Below are positions 15,603-30,411 of a DNA stretch of 64,000 nucleotides, piece after piece. Each line of letters begins with the position of its first letter. The stretch's first letter is position 1. Made by a program: the position numbers and the translations under genes. Source of the stretch: Chrysomallon squamiferum (lineage: Eukaryota > Animalia > Mollusca); NCBI GenBank assembly GCA_012295275.1, contig CM022667.1, positions 18,352,001-18,416,000 on the forward strand, in the 5' to 3' direction. The notes below the pieces were generated by a model. The model ran no database searches, was not told the origin of the DNA, and was given only the letters and a program-made list of their open reading frames with translations.

Positions 15603-15655
15603 AAAGATTTCAGATGGAGGCTGTATTCTGTATACAGCCTTCATCTGAAATCTTT
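15603..15655. repeat. Near-perfect inverted repeat (24-bp arms, 5-nt loop)
   Basis: AAAGATTTCAGATGGAGGCTGTAT-tctgt-ATACAGCCTTCATCTGAAATCTTT, one mismatch. Confidence 0.9.
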
Positions 15656-16515
15656 TCAAAAAGGATTTTATTATAGATAATGTGGACTTTAATTAATTTA
15701 AAGAATATTCATCGAATATTTCATTCAGAACAGATCAGATTTATCAAATTCTGAAAATACCTGTATAACTGTGATTTAAAATTCATTATTATGATTATGG
15801 TATCAAAGTATGGTAAAAAGAGATACATTTCAACAACACAAACATTTTTATACTATAAAAACTAATATAAAAATATCCATCTCTAATTCTTTTTTGTCTC
15901 TTAATATTATTATGCTTTATAAGAAAAAAAATGTTTGAAACTTTACCAAAATAATTTTGAGTTTAAAAAGAGAAAATTAAGATAAAAAAAAATTAAAAAT
16001 TAAAAGACAACATTAAAAAAAAAATTAATAATAGTAATAATAAAATAATGGTGACTGATTTTTCATAAAAGAGGAAGAGAGTAACAAGAGATATTTATTA
16101 CCAACTGAGCAAATGTCTTTTTTTATTATATTAGTGATACCATCATTTACTGTTACATCTTGCTATTGTTACCACGGACAAACATGTTTAAGAGAAAGGC
16201 ATAATTTTATTATTCAGCCTCAGCAATAAAATAACTATAATGTTTTATGAAAGTCACATGTTGAAAATTTAAGTATAAAAGTAAACTGGTTATAGTCATA
16301 CAATTTTTTTTTTTTCATATATGGATTTAATAATAATAAATTAACATACATTATTATAATATTATTTTATTAGCATAATTTTAATAAAAGTATTGGTTAA
16401 ATCAATTTTTTACTTTTCATATGGTTACTCAAAAACTAACAAATTGAAGACATGGACTTACACAGTTAAACAAACACTGTCTCTCAAATTTAGTGATCTA
16501 TACATACATACATTC

Positions 16516-16558
<43 letters not shown>

Positions 16559-18369
16559 CACACACACATATACACACATACACATACAATTTATGAAAAC
16601 AAAATCCAAGATTCTACAAGAATGTATTTGATTTTATTATTGTAATATTTCAAAGTAGTGCAAGACTTACTTCTGCTATTATTCATGCTGCAGCAAAACA
16701 GGTGATATAGTGTTGACCTCAATATCATCAATTCAACAAAGTGTTGATGTAATTAACTAACTTGACAGTTTCAACCAATAGACCTGATTGTCATTTCACC
16801 ATCTTTACTGACCACAATCACATCCATTCAATCTTAATTCCACTAAAACAAATTAACCATAAATCAATATGTGAATTTCATATTTTATTTATTTTATATT
16901 GCTGTTATTAATTTCTTATATTAGCATATGATTTCTTCAAATATTTTAAATTTCAATTTGTTTACTCACATTTTACAGATTTTTAAAACACACACGCACA
17001 CTCATCTGTAAACACAAAAAAAAAGGTGCAGGATTAATTTTTGATTTAATAATGACATTTAGAATTAAATTAAAAGTTGTGCACTTAAATTAAGTAATAA
17101 CAAGTTATAAAAAATAAATAAAGGGGTAAAAAAGAATAGAAGGAGAAGAAAAAGAATAAAGAAAGAAATCTGGTCTAAAATAATAAAAATTTAATTAGAA
17201 ATGGTTTTCAGTTACAAAAAATCTTATCACATTACCTCAGTGAATTAATAAATAAATGCTGTGATATTATGAAGCTGAAATCTGGATGCAATGTACACAG
17301 AGCAGCTGATATTATGACACAGTATCTGCTTTGTTGAAAAAGCTTTAAAAACAGTGGTTTGATACATTAACATATGAATGTTTACAGTGCGTCATAGTAA
17401 AAAATGAACTTTTCATCACTGACCAAATAGTAATGGACTGCTTCTGAACATAAATTTCAGCTAAAATAATTAACTCTTTTTTTTAAATTTATTTATTTAT
17501 AAAGTCATTGATTAACAGATAAAAAAAAAAGAAAAAAAAAAAGGTAATAATAGTAATAGTAATATATATATATATATATATACTATTATTATATTTTTTT
17601 TATAACTCTTAATCTACAACTTTCTTTTACATATGGTTTATCTACACCCCAAAATATTTTTGTCGTCTTTATGTAATTTTATTAAAGTAGATGATTACCA
17701 GAAGATTGGTAATGAAAGTATATAAGGTGGTTTGATAATGACTACTATGTGAATAGGTTTGGTAATAAGCAGTATATAAGGATGTTGGTAATGAACAGTA
17801 TATGATATGGCTGATAATGAAGAGTTTTGGAAACGCAAGTATTTGTTGCATGATTGCTAAGTTCTAAAGCAGTAAGCCATTGTTTAGAACCTAACATCAT
17901 AAAGGTGATGCATTCATAACACAAAAGAAATGTTTTTCTATTTGGTTTTAATGATCTACCTGGTATAATTTCTTTGATTATGAATCATTCATTAGTATGA
18001 AATCTTGACAGCCTAGCCAAAATGAAGCTATTTACAGCACAATTTTGATGGTTTAACAAATTTATATGGTGATTCTAAGGTTAATGAGAATCATTCTTTT
18101 TTTCTTTTAATTTTATATTTCTTCTTTTTTTTGACATTATTAGTTCAAAGACAATATCTTGTTATTTTTCATTTTTCTTTTACCTTTTCCTTGTATGGGA
18201 TAATTTTTATCAGTTATAAAAATACATTAAAATATATGAATTAATGGGTTTGTAAATAATTTAAAACTTGAAAACACTTTACTGAGTATTTATTATCTTT
18301 GTATGGTGGATTAATTACTGTATCAATTAATTCTTAACACAATTTATTAAATCTGCTCTTGAATAATAA

Positions 18370-18438
<69 letters not shown>

Positions 18439-19595
18439 AATAAATAAATAAATAAAGCACCCCAAAAAACAAGTTTATTAAATTAACAGAAATGGTTACA
18501 GAACTTTATATACAGAGCTTAAATATTATTTCTGTTTCAGCACAAAGACTGAAAACAATTTGCTGCTAATTGGTTTAACTAATCTGGTCTATGAAACAAT
18601 TAAGTTCCTTTGTAGAATTACAAGTAATTAGTTGTGACAAGTTCAGAAAAGTGAAGTAAACATTAAACATTATAATGTGTTTGTGTGTGTGTGTGCATGT
18701 GTGTGAAATATTTAATGTTTTGATGATGTCATGACAGTTGGAACGTCTGAACAATGAACAGTATTCTGCAATAACTGTATTGCAAAAATTAGAAGTTAAT
18801 TTCAAGGGTATTGTGAGGAATTGGACATTTCGTGATGTAATCAAATATCAGAATCAATATATAATTACATTTAATGTTTGGATTCTTGTGAATAAATTCA
18901 GTGATTGTAATTCACATACATAGAGAAACAGCCATTGTAGAATTTACTATTTAATAATAATAACTTTAATAATAATAATAATGGTAATAATAACAGTAAT
19001 AATCATAATTATAATCATAACTCTAATAGTAATAACAATAAAAATAATATTAATATTAATTATTACTAAATAAAAAAAAAATAAAATAAATAAATAAACA
19101 AAATTAATAAATAATTATAATAATAAAATAAAGTATTTCTAATGATGTTTGTGATTGGGCTGTCAGTTTGTTTTTCTCACAGTTCTAGTTAAAATTATTT
19201 TATTTTCTACCTGCTATCTCATTAGTATTCATATCAATGTTTCAAAGCGGGTTTTTTTAACATTGGGTTTCTGAAATTTATTTAGTTTTAATAATAATTT
19301 TATTTTTAAACTGACATGTTAATGAAATATATTTATGCATACTGATGAATGCTCATTTTAATTTTTATTTATTAAATTAATTTCAGCTGAAAATATACAT
19401 TTGGAAAAGAAGAACAAGAAAAGTAAAATGTCTACGTGTGCATTTGTGTGTTTTATGTATATAGACTTCACCTCCTCTTTATTCATCACAACTGTCTAAT
19501 TAATCATTAACAAATCTTAAAACCCTCCCAAACAACAGGAATTTTTGGTCAGCATTCAGTTAGAATCACTGAAAGACTAACATCTATTAGCTTAC

Positions 19596-19667
19596 CTTAA
19601 GATATGATCTGTATAAGGGTAAGGTATCCACTGGTGCCCTTACACGATATCCATCCATTGTCATCAT
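19596..19667 (-). CDS. Candidate alternative first coding exon of the same gene (MMTMDGYRVRAPVDTLPLYRSYLK)
   Basis: ATG preceded by an in-frame stop; ends AAG|GTAAGC in phase 0, in frame with exon 9750-9821; about 400 bp of higher-GC, 5'UTR-like sequence lies upstream. Confidence 0.6.
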
Positions 19668-21724
19668 TCTGTGATGTTTTATTCAGGCATATTTACATGC
19701 AACAACAACAACTGTGATGTGGTGATGCAGGTCAAGGGAAATGTGCAGATTAAAGAGTCAAGCTTGGTGTGTTTGGGCACACACAATGGAAACTCCAGCC
19801 TGTCTGTCAGCGTTCAGTGGTAGTTGTCCCAGCATCAGTTAATTGAACACTATGTATCCTGCCTGATGAATCTGCAGATCAATAGAATCTCTCGGGTCAA
19901 CTTGCTGTGTGTAGGGGTGTGTCATACAGCCGCTCTCTTCTCAAGCTGACAACTTGCTTAGTGATAATTAACAACAACTCCCAGTAGATGACAGCAAACT
20001 TCACTGTGATTAGTAAACTATATAAACAATACCTCGTTACTGCAAAAACATTACACCTTCTGGTTTTCTGATCCAAAGAAGGTAAAACAATTAACGACAT
20101 AATTTTATACTGTAATAATCTGGTTCATTGTCAAATAAATAGGACAAACATCTTATTATAGTTGAAAGAGATTTGAAACCTAATTTTGTATTATTTCAGA
20201 AATATGTATATATCTTCACCGATAATAAAATAAACAGGGCTACATTTTATTATAGCTTTTTTGATTATAACAATTAAAAAAAAAAACAATTCTTTTTTGT
20301 CTACAAGCCTATATTCATTGTTAAAGTGATTAAATTTTATCCCATTCTATCCTAGACAATGATTATGATAAATGATTTTAGCGTGTACCTATAGTGATGT
20401 TATGATGGTCTTTATTTTGATCCTTTCCTACAGTAACTTTATAGCAATCACAATTTTTACCCTATTTGTAACCTGTTCCATAGTTAGTGATCATGATTTT
20501 GAACACTATATGTAGCGATTACATATCAAAGCAAGACCTGAGTTGGTATTTTATACTGTATGACATTATAATAAAACACATTTTAACTCATTAACAAACT
20601 ATTTGATCCTGATGCAATAAAATCGTGTTGATTATTCACTAAAACAATATCATTAAATGTGACTGGTCTTCTTTTTTTAACCATCAGTCCATTAGAAAAT
20701 TGCTGTAGTTGAGGAATTATGTAGATATACAATTCTCTTGGGTACATACCTAACAACCCTAAATACTACATGTAAGCAAATGTACTGTTTGTTGTAATAA
20801 AATATTGATGAAGCAACAATTAGTGGATGAACATTCTAAGCTGCAGCTTTGAGTCAACTATTCATTTTTTTTGTAATTTTTCATGTTTCATTAAAAGAAA
20901 AGAAAACAAATTTACATAAATAGTCAATCACATTATTTATCTTTTAATGAAATTTATTATTTTACTGTGATTAAAATGGTAATTATATTCCAATAGTTCA
21001 ACAATTTATACTTATATTATTTTCATAATATAAATCAAGCACTCACCCTCTTCACCAAAATGTAATAATAATAATAACAATGATGATGATCACCATCATC
21101 ATGATCATAATAAAATGAACTAATAAATAAACAAATTAAAGAAAATATGTAAATTTTATCGATAAGATAACAATCATCAGAAATAAATGAATAAATAAAT
21201 AAATAAATCACTGAATTAAATAAGTTTAAGGAAGTATGGCTTCAGGCAATTCAGGTACTCTTGAAATCCCATGGGGAAATCCTCATTAAGCACATGGCAA
21301 TTAGAAGTTTAAGACAAAGAAGTTTCTTCATCTGCATTTCTTTGACAATCTGAAGCTTTCAAGTTGGACACAATGTCAGATGTTGATATGTAAGTATTGT
21401 TTTCTTCATAAAACCTATTAAGTCATTTTACCAGGTCAAGTTGTCAAGCTTACCCAGCACAGTTTCACTGCCAAAGCCCAAAGTTTGTACACGAAAGAAC
21501 TGAAAACCACCATGAGACCTCTAGACAATGAAAGGTAATTTTACAGAAAATTTCCCATACATTGTTCAGGAAGAGATTCAGAGTTTCCACTGGGGAAATA
21601 AACAGCAAAAGTACCTATCATGGAATTGGGGTGACAGTGAAAAGGTTGTTGACAAAGAAAATTACACCTCTGAAAATTTTACATGTTTTACATGTAAGAG
21701 ATTAAATTTAAAGAAAGTCAATTT

Positions 21725-22040
21725 GAAGGTCATATCAAAGGTCAAAAGGTCAGTGTACCCCAGCATTCTCCAACAATAAAGATAGATTTGGAATCCTTGT
21801 TATATTGCCTTTTCATCGATACCAATTTTATGAAGATTGGCCCAGTAGTTCCTGAGATATGAGGTTGGTGGCAACACACCTTTTGGCCAAAAAAATCTAA
21901 AAATCTGGGGGGCAAATCTCCCACACACAACTGGTCCAATTGGCTTAAAGTTTTGAATTTGGTGCTGTGTAATCCAATCAACAAGAATAACAAGTTTAAA
22001 ATATCCTTTTTGGGGGGGGATTTGACATTGAATGACCCTT
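21725..22040. mobile_element. Fragment of a non-autonomous interspersed repeat (Helitron- or DNA-transposon-like)
   Basis: Contains ACCAATTTTATGAAGATTGGCCCAGTAGTTCCTGAGATAT and a partly inverted counterpart (ACTGGTCCAATTGGCTTAAAGTTTTG), a pattern recalled from common invertebrate non-autonomous elements. Family not determined. Confidence 0.5.
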
Positions 22041-22059
22041 TAATTAAAAGTTGATACAC

Positions 22060-22745
22060 ATAACATTTAATCAACATTTACTGAAATCCAAAATAAAACA
22101 TTATAAAATTATTTTTAAAGGTTTTTGTTTAATTAAAAGTCAATACAAATATGATTTAAACTAATTCTCACTATAAACAAAGACAAAAAAAAAGAAACCC
22201 ATCAAGACAAGCATATAATAAAACAAGTATTTTATTATTATTATATGTTTTAAATTCAGTTATCTTCAAAATGTTAGAGTTTAATTAAAACACAGTAACA
22301 ATATGGTCTAAACAAATATTGATTTATCATCATAAACAATACCAAGGAGAAAATAAATAAATAAAATGAACAATATAAATGTAAATCTATTAAAATATTG
22401 TATTTATTTTAATTCTGTTATTTCAAAAAGGCTTCAGACTGATTACGAGTTGATATAAACAAATATTGACTTGTCATCAAAAACTAAATCAATATATACA
22501 TATATATATAAAACAAAACAAAAAACCCACATAAATCTGTTTAAAAATGTATTTTCCAAAATTAAGTTATTTCAAAAAGGTTTTAATGTAATTAAAAGTC
22601 AATGTAAGTAGGGTTTAAACAAACAGAAAAAAAAAAAAAAAAAAAAAATTTCAGACATTAAAGATAAGCATAAACCTGTATTAATACATGTTCTTATTTT
22701 AGATCCAGTTATTTAAAAAAGGTTTTAGATTAATTAAGAGTGTAC
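22060..22745. repeat. Old degenerate tandem repeat, period about 150 bp, about 5 copies
   Basis: Recurring TTATTTCAAAAAGGTTT...TAATTAAAA...AAACAAA motifs near 22110, 22260, 22420, 22570 and 22710. Confidence 0.6.
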
Positions 22746-22871
22746 AAAAAACAAATCTGACACATCGCTGTATTTTGAAGAAACAAGTGTGTCATGTAAG
22801 CTGATTTCAGTACATAATTTGAAGACTCTTAGCAGAATTATGATGCTATGTTTGAGTTATCAGAAACTCAC

Positions 22872-22979
22872 GTGGCCAACATCAGGCACATGCCACCCTT
22901 TTGTTGAAGCCAGCGAATGCTTTCTGGGTTTAAAGGGATTGTATTGCCTACTAGAGTCTGTAAGCACCTGCTCTAGAGC
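22872..22979 (-). other. Candidate exon of the minus-strand gene (open frame ALEQVLTDSSRQYNPFKPRKHSLASTKGWHVPDVGH); either a cassette exon or the 3' part of a first exon starting near 23170
   Basis: Donor CAC|GTGAGT in phase 0; possible acceptor ttgtttaaccag gives 108 nt; Inr-like TCAGTC at 23165-23170. Confidence 0.45.
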
Positions 22980-24584
22980 CTGGTTAAACAATCAAGAGCT
23001 CTTTTCAACCAGTTCCATGCTGGCAATAAAAAAACCACTGCACATGCCAGTAACTTCTGATAAATTACTGACACAATAGGATTTTCTTTCACCTGTTGAT
23101 ATTGCCGTAAAAACCTCTTTGTACTCTGTACATATCTGATTAAATATGCATCAGTTACCATGAAGACTGAATACATTAAATGGTGTGTTTATTTTTGATA
23201 CTGTTCTGCAATGTAAATTTTGACAGTAATAATCTATCAAATATATTTTGTCAGTTATAATCATGAGTATTTTAATGTAAAAATAAAAAATAAAAAATGT
23301 ATGTCATTAAATATATATTTCACCATGTTTTTAATGTCTTGTCATTTTGTTGATATAGAAAAGTAAAAATAATAAATGTTTTAATGTCAGTGAAAAAAGA
23401 AAGAGCTATGAATAATTATAGATTCACATGTTAATTTATGCTAAAACATTAGTCTTTCAATTAGATAATCCATAAGAAGGAAGGGCAAAAAATTCTATCT
23501 CATGGTCAGTTGCACCTTACTGAGTCAATGTTTAATGAGTTTTTTGAAAGTTAAAATTTTGTGCCACATACTAAATCAGCCATGTTTGTAAATATAACAG
23601 TAACCATTGAGTAATAGTTGAAATTAAACCAGAATGAAATGGCTGCTTTAACACTGAATATTTATCTACCATATTATTAGACATGTTTTGGCAAGAACAA
23701 AATCAACAACAAATTTATTGACAAATTATTTTTATTATTATTAGTTCCCTCTTAAAATCCACCCACTGAAAATAAAAATAAATAAATAAAACACACAACA
23801 AATTGTTTTTTATGACAGTGAGCTAGCCTGGACGTAAATATCTGCTACAAATTTGTGTTTTAGTGTTCTTTGACTCTAATGACTTGAATACTTTTTTCAA
23901 ACAGACTGAAATATTACTTTTTGAACTGGCTTGATGTTTACATTTAAAAACACACATTTTATAAGTTCTGTTTGTTTCTTTGTTTTATTTCTTATATGGT
24001 GCTGAAGGACAATACAGAAGACAGCAACACACACTGACATCAATTTGTACTGGCTGAAGAAAAAAAATAAAACTAAATGAATTGTTTCACTGAAACTTAC
24101 AAATACTTAACTGTAGAGGGTCTGTCATAATTTTTAAAAAAAAACTGTTAAATAAAACAAATGATAAGTAACCTCATAATTATTTATTTCAATATTAACA
24201 AATCTGGTGGTAAGTAAATTTTTCAACTGCAACAGGCATAAACTGCCTGAAATAAATTGATTTTTGATAGACATAATCCAACAGTTATTTCTTGGCTAGC
24301 AAAAGTTATCAAGAGATTAAAAATGCCAAAATTTTAAATTGGAAGTAATAATTTGTCTATATTATGAACACTTCAGGAATGCTGATAATAAATAGTAACA
24401 ACAAAGGAATCATGAAACCTTCTTCAGTGAAAAAACCCATCATTTTCCTTTTAGCTGATGATGTTTCTCTAATATTATAAAATTCACAGTCCTAACTTTT
24501 TTTTAATTAATTAAAAACATCTTACAGACTTTCATTATAGATTATTAATATGTATGTCAAGGAGCTGTGGTTTGTTGATAATTC

Positions 24585-24650
24585 TATTTTGGTGGACCCA
24601 TGGCTATTTTCTATTCCGCCAGCTATCCAGACCCCCAACATATCTACAGC
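24585..24650 (+). mobile_element. Possible decayed SINE core fragment
   Basis: GGTGGACCCATGGCTATTTTCTATTCCGCCAGC resembles a SINE segment recalled from gastropod genomes; short and diverged. Confidence 0.3.
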
Positions 24651-25046
24651 AATACATTATTGTCTTTATTAAGCCAGCTAATAAGTATATCCAAATTTCA
24701 ATCAAATAATTATGAATTTTTTTAAAATTAAAAGTGATGTTTCTATTATTTGAGACCATACAATAAGGACATGAATCGATATAATGTTATGGCTGGTGTA
24801 GCTGGGTGGTTTTACATGCATGTTTAGTAATAATTTACTTTTAAAATTCATTTACAACTAACAATGTGAATATAATAAAAACTTAGGGCTTCAGTTGTTA
24901 AATTAGAGACATAATGATAAACACATAAGTGCTAGTAATTCTAATAACTTAAGTAAACAGATATGAGCATGATGATGTCAGAATATTTCTGCCAATGAAA
25001 CAATGACTAGTTGTTAGCTTTTCAAAACAAAACAAAAGTATGTGTA

Positions 25047-25047
<1 letters not shown>

Positions 25048-25096
<49 letters not shown>
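25048..25096. repeat. (CA)n microsatellite
   Basis: Read directly; similar tracts near 5213, 16520 and 55735. Confidence 0.95.
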
Positions 25097-25101
<5 letters not shown>

Positions 25102-26337
25102 ATGATACTGTCAATGAACAGAGTAATTATACTGGCATTTTGTTTACATTTTCCTGCATTGAAAGCATGCTTTAACTACAAAAATAATGATATAACTCAC
25201 ACTGAGGTTTGTTTTTCTCCTGTCTTGTATCTATCTTGGTTAATTTTATTGTTATTTCTTTTTCTTTCTTTAATTTGATATTTTTAACAATTTTATTCAA
25301 ATAGAAATGTACTATTGAATTTCTATTTAACAATAACAATAAAAATAAATTAAGAAATGATCTGGCAAAATCAGTAATGGATTCATTTTTGAGATAATGA
25401 CATGTAATTTGATCAGATGTATTTATTTTTTATTCTAACTAAAGATACATTCCACACAATATGTTAAAAAAATGTATAAACAAATAAAGCTGATTTTCTA
25501 TCCAATATTTAGAAGACCAACTATTTGTTTTTATAAAAACTGAACCCCCCCCCAAAAAAAAACACCAGAACCCAAACCAAACAAATACAAATAAATTATT
25601 AATTTGCATTTTATTTTTTAAGTTCCAGTTAGTAATAAATAAAAGTGAAAGAACAGAGCACTAAGGAAACAAATTTAGAATTAAAGGTTTTCTTGCTTTA
25701 TAAAGGATATACCAAAACAAATTTTGTGTTAATAGAAACAATACATTTCATCAGAGATAACTCTTCAATAACAACCTTGTCAGTGACATGAAAACAAGAT
25801 TTTAAATATTTCAATGAAATCAAAATAACCTATTTGGCAAAGTGACTGCGATAAATTATTTCTGATCAATAACTATTTTCATTTTATCAAATTCACTGAA
25901 AAATCCACATCTGGATTATGAAAACTGTATTGTGAAAAACAAATCTTTTGAATACATCATTAGTGGCATTTTTCAAAGACTGAAATTGTATTAAGCAAAA
26001 ATGTTTTTAACTGAACTTGCATCATGCTTTAATGGCAAAGATGCTTTTATGTTCACCGACACAAGCATCATCCTACAACATTATTCTTTACATATTTTTT
26101 ATCACATAATGTCATCTTTGAGCAAATGACTAATGGAAAGAGGAATCAATAGATGTCAAAACAAGCTACAGTACCATCACTCACACTGTCCCTAGCACTG
26201 ATGCATACATGTAATAAACAAGGATTCTCTCCTTCAAAACTGACCTCTTCTCTCCAACTTGGCAAAGCTAATTAATATTATTACATCATCATTATTTTCA
26301 ATTATGTCTTCATTTTCATCAGTTGTTTTATATATAC

Positions 26338-26340
<3 letters not shown>

Positions 26341-26370
<30 letters not shown>

Positions 26371-26397
26371 TGTATGTATGTATGTATATATATATAT
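26341..26397. repeat. (TATG)n/(TA)n microsatellite
   Basis: Read directly. Confidence 0.95.
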
Positions 26398-29109
26398 GTG
26401 TGTTTGTCCAGTTTTACCACAGTGTATAAAAACTAAATGTTGTCAATAACTGTTTCAAAGGAAACACTTTATGTTAATCAAAACCACTACATTTTCAGAA
26501 ATAAAGAATATATATATATATCATTTTGTTCAACTTACTCTTTCACACACAAACACACACATATGCATGTACATGCACACAAAAGGTGTTGAGTGAATTA
26601 TTATATTTTAAATAAATATATTATTTTAACTGACAGAGCTTGTCATAATGTCAGTATGTTTCTATCGATAAAATGTCTGCATCTGCTTTAATAATACTAA
26701 AGATATTCTATTGTCTTTTTTACTTTTGATTCTTGAATTACTTTACATATACACATTAACATAAAAAATAATAATAATAAAAAATAAATAAAATACAATA
26801 AAATAAATAAATAAATATTAATGCATACAAAGTATTATACAGAAAATTTAAATAAATGACAGACTACTTTAATTATTTAATTATGTATGATAATAAAAAT
26901 GCATAAAAATTAATATACAGGAAAATTAATCATAAAATACTGAACATATTAGCTGAAGCCTGTAATTATTTTTTCCTATATGACTGTATAATATAATAAT
27001 TTAAGAAATAAAAATGCATAAAAATTGTTATACACAAAACTAAACATAAAATATTTCTATCTTGACAGAGTACTTTAACTATTAAGACACAAGATGAAGC
27101 CTGTAATTTTTTTACCGCAAGTATATTGTATTAATTTAACAGAGATGTTATTGCAAGGTTTAATCAATGTTACTGTGATTATATATTACCATCAGGCATT
27201 CTTTATCATAATAATTCAATTGTGCACATAGTATCATGGTGGAATCTAATTTGAAGTGCTGTTGTTTCATGATTCAGTGCATTCTAATACCACACAACAT
27301 AGAACTAATTTAATACTGCACAGGTTGTCAAAGTAATTCAATATATAAATATCAAGATGTGTTTATTACATTTCTACATTTGAATTTTGTCCATTACTTA
27401 ATAAAAGGATAAACAAAAGCAAAATAGATATGCCAAGCATAAATGCACAAAGACATATACACAGATTCAGAAAAATGTGTTGGTAAATGTTGTGGATAGT
27501 CTTTTACAATTAATTATTATTTTATTAATATGAATATTTAAAATAATTATAATAATAATAATAATAGTAATAATAAATAATACAAAAGATAAAGTGAAAC
27601 TCAATAAGAAATAAAAGAAAATGAGAAACGTACATAATAAAAATTTCAACATTCACTTAAAAAACTCACTAAAAAGAATGTTATAAAAAGTTCTCTATTT
27701 GTTTTTTATGAACTCATTCTTTCAGAATTTATCAAATAATAATTTTAAATTCATACTTACAGTTGGCTTGTGTCATATCAACAGGACAAACTTTCTTTGT
27801 CTAAATGGTGTGAGATCAGTGGTGAAACTGTCCTTGTTTGAAAACTAATCTGCAATTTACAAGAGGAAGACATCAAAATAAATATTAGACAAGAAAAGCT
27901 AGTAGTGTTTACTGAACATGGAAAATTGGAAGAACGTGCCCATGAATGTAAACTTAAAACAAGTTGAACAGTATTTTCAGCTAAAAGTTACACAAATAAC
28001 TCATTTCAAGCACCAGAAATAACAAACACTTTATGTCAACAGTTTACAAAATATGCAGAAATGGGTGAATTTATTTTGCTGAAATGCTGTTTTTTTGTGT
28101 TTTTTTACTCTATGCACAGAGGAGATAACAATTTAATTACCTTCTTTGAAAAATTATCATTAAATGGTATTTATTGCCAAAATTTTGTACAGCAATTTCA
28201 TGTTATGAGGAAGAAATTCCCCCAAAACATTCAACAAATATCTAAAGCAAAGTTGATTAGATAAAGTTAAACCAAGAGTAAGCTAATAGCATCAGGAAAT
28301 ACAAAAATAAATTCAAACAGAGAAGCAAAACATTTTTTATATTAAACAGACTTGCTAACCTGCAACTGAAGAGAAAAGAAATATTTTTAGCTGTTAACAT
28401 AATAGAAATCAGATTAAAAGTACAAGGTGCATCTGAAGCACAGACTCCATTCACAGACCACTGAAGCAGTGATACTTGTATCTGACAACATTTACACCTG
28501 ACTGGGACCAAATCCGACACCTAAAAACAGCCAGACTCATGTTTACTGACAAATTTCCATCAAATGCATTCAGTAACATTCAAACATGACAGTCTCTATC
28601 TACATCTGCTGGTCATCATTTCACAATCACAACAGAACAATTACTACAACAAAAAATAGCTAATTAAAGAAAAAAAGAAAAAGTTGTCTTTTACAGTGAG
28701 TGACTGACTACACTATTCAGTGAGCTTAGACAGATCAGGAAAATTGATCTTTAGCATCTTTCAGGAAATTAAAAAAAAAAAGATAACCAAATGATCTTTT
28801 TAAAAATATAATGAAATTCCCAGTAATCTTTAATGTAAATATTATACATAGGTTTCATTCATATTTTAAATAATTAACTTTTTATCAAAGGAAAGCCTAT
28901 TGCCTTTAGCAATGCTGCTAGTGCTATTCTTAATTTTTTTTTTTTTTTTTTTTTTTTCAAAATTTTGTGGCAAATTTAACTTCCATCTATGGTCTGAAAT
29001 ATCGTATATTTAAATGGCATTAATAAGAAAAAGAAACACGTAATAATATAATGTAAAAAGTATATGATAAAAACCCTTTTTTTTACTATATCAGAATGTA
29101 ATGATAAAA

Positions 29110-29564
29110 AAATAGATCAGACAAAACACAAATTGTCATAATGTAATAATTTAACATATAATAATAATTTTAGTGTATAACTAAATCATATTATAATATT
29201 ATAGTTTTATTTTTAATATTTTTTTTATTTTTTGTTTGTTTTTAGCTTTATAAATGGCTGCATTGAGACAAAACAAAAAATAAATTAATGTATAATAATA
29301 CAGTGTTGTTGTTGGTGTTTTTTTACTTTATTATTGTTAAAATAACTAAACCATACTATAATAGATTTTCTTTTTTAACTTTATAAATTGCAATAATCAG
29401 ATAAAACAAAATGTAAAACAGAATAATTATCTTGATTATATGACTAAACTATACTAGAAAGGATTCATTATTATGTTTTCAAATTTATAAATGGCCGCAT
29501 ATAAGTCAAAACAAAAACATAAAATATAATAATTTTGGTATGTGACTAAACCTAACTAAAATAA

Positions 29565-29609
<45 letters not shown>

Positions 29610-29630
29610 AATGGCTGTAATCAGACAAAC
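29110..29630. repeat. Old degenerate tandem repeat, period about 120 bp
   Basis: Recurring TTTATAAATGGC...AGACAAAAC...ACTAAAC blocks; a further copy near 30010. Confidence 0.6.
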
Positions 29631-30363
29631 TAATGTTCTCATCAATCAGTACTGTCAGTGGAATATGCAAGCAATATCAAATAAACAGCACAAAAATCAA
29701 TGAGAAAACATTTCACATTAAACATGCCATACTGGGATCTTTCTCTTAAATCAAGCTGCTTGTTTACAAATGGCTGTCACTGTATAATTTAAGAGAAAAT
29801 AAATGTTTTAATGCATTTCTGACTTTTCCTTTTCAGTCTCTTTATACATCAGTGAAATAATTGTTATTAGTTTCACATGAGGAAAAGAAACGTTTGTTGC
29901 TGCTACACTTTTGATAAAGTAAACAATTTTCATCTGATAAAAACATACTGTATAAGTTAATTTACTAAATATTTTTTGTATTGTTTTTTTCTAAATTATT
30001 TTTGTTTATGAATGGCCATATTAAGACAAAAGAAAAATGTAATAATATAATATTATAACAACAATTTAAAAAAGGTTTACAAAAAGAGATTATTTCAATG
30101 CTCATATATACAAATAATTAAGTTATTAAAATCAGTTACACATTTATTCCCTATTTTAACTGACTTATTTTTGTATAAAAATACTTGCGTAAGTTAAATA
30201 TTGTGTTTGTTATGTACATATTGACTTTTCATTACTATTATGTGTGGGGACATACCATTCAAAATCTACAGGGTTTATTTGTCATTATGACATTAAAACT
30301 ATATGTAGTCTAGTATTATTATAATTTATTAAAATAATTAAATAAGAGATGCTTTACACAAAC

Positions 30364-30411
<48 letters not shown>

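Noticed and set aside
16671-16687. 17-nt minus-strand microexon (cag|CATGAATAATAGCAGAA|gtaagt)
   Set aside because: Its ATG frame ends in phase 1, incompatible with the phase-0 downstream exon; likely chance.
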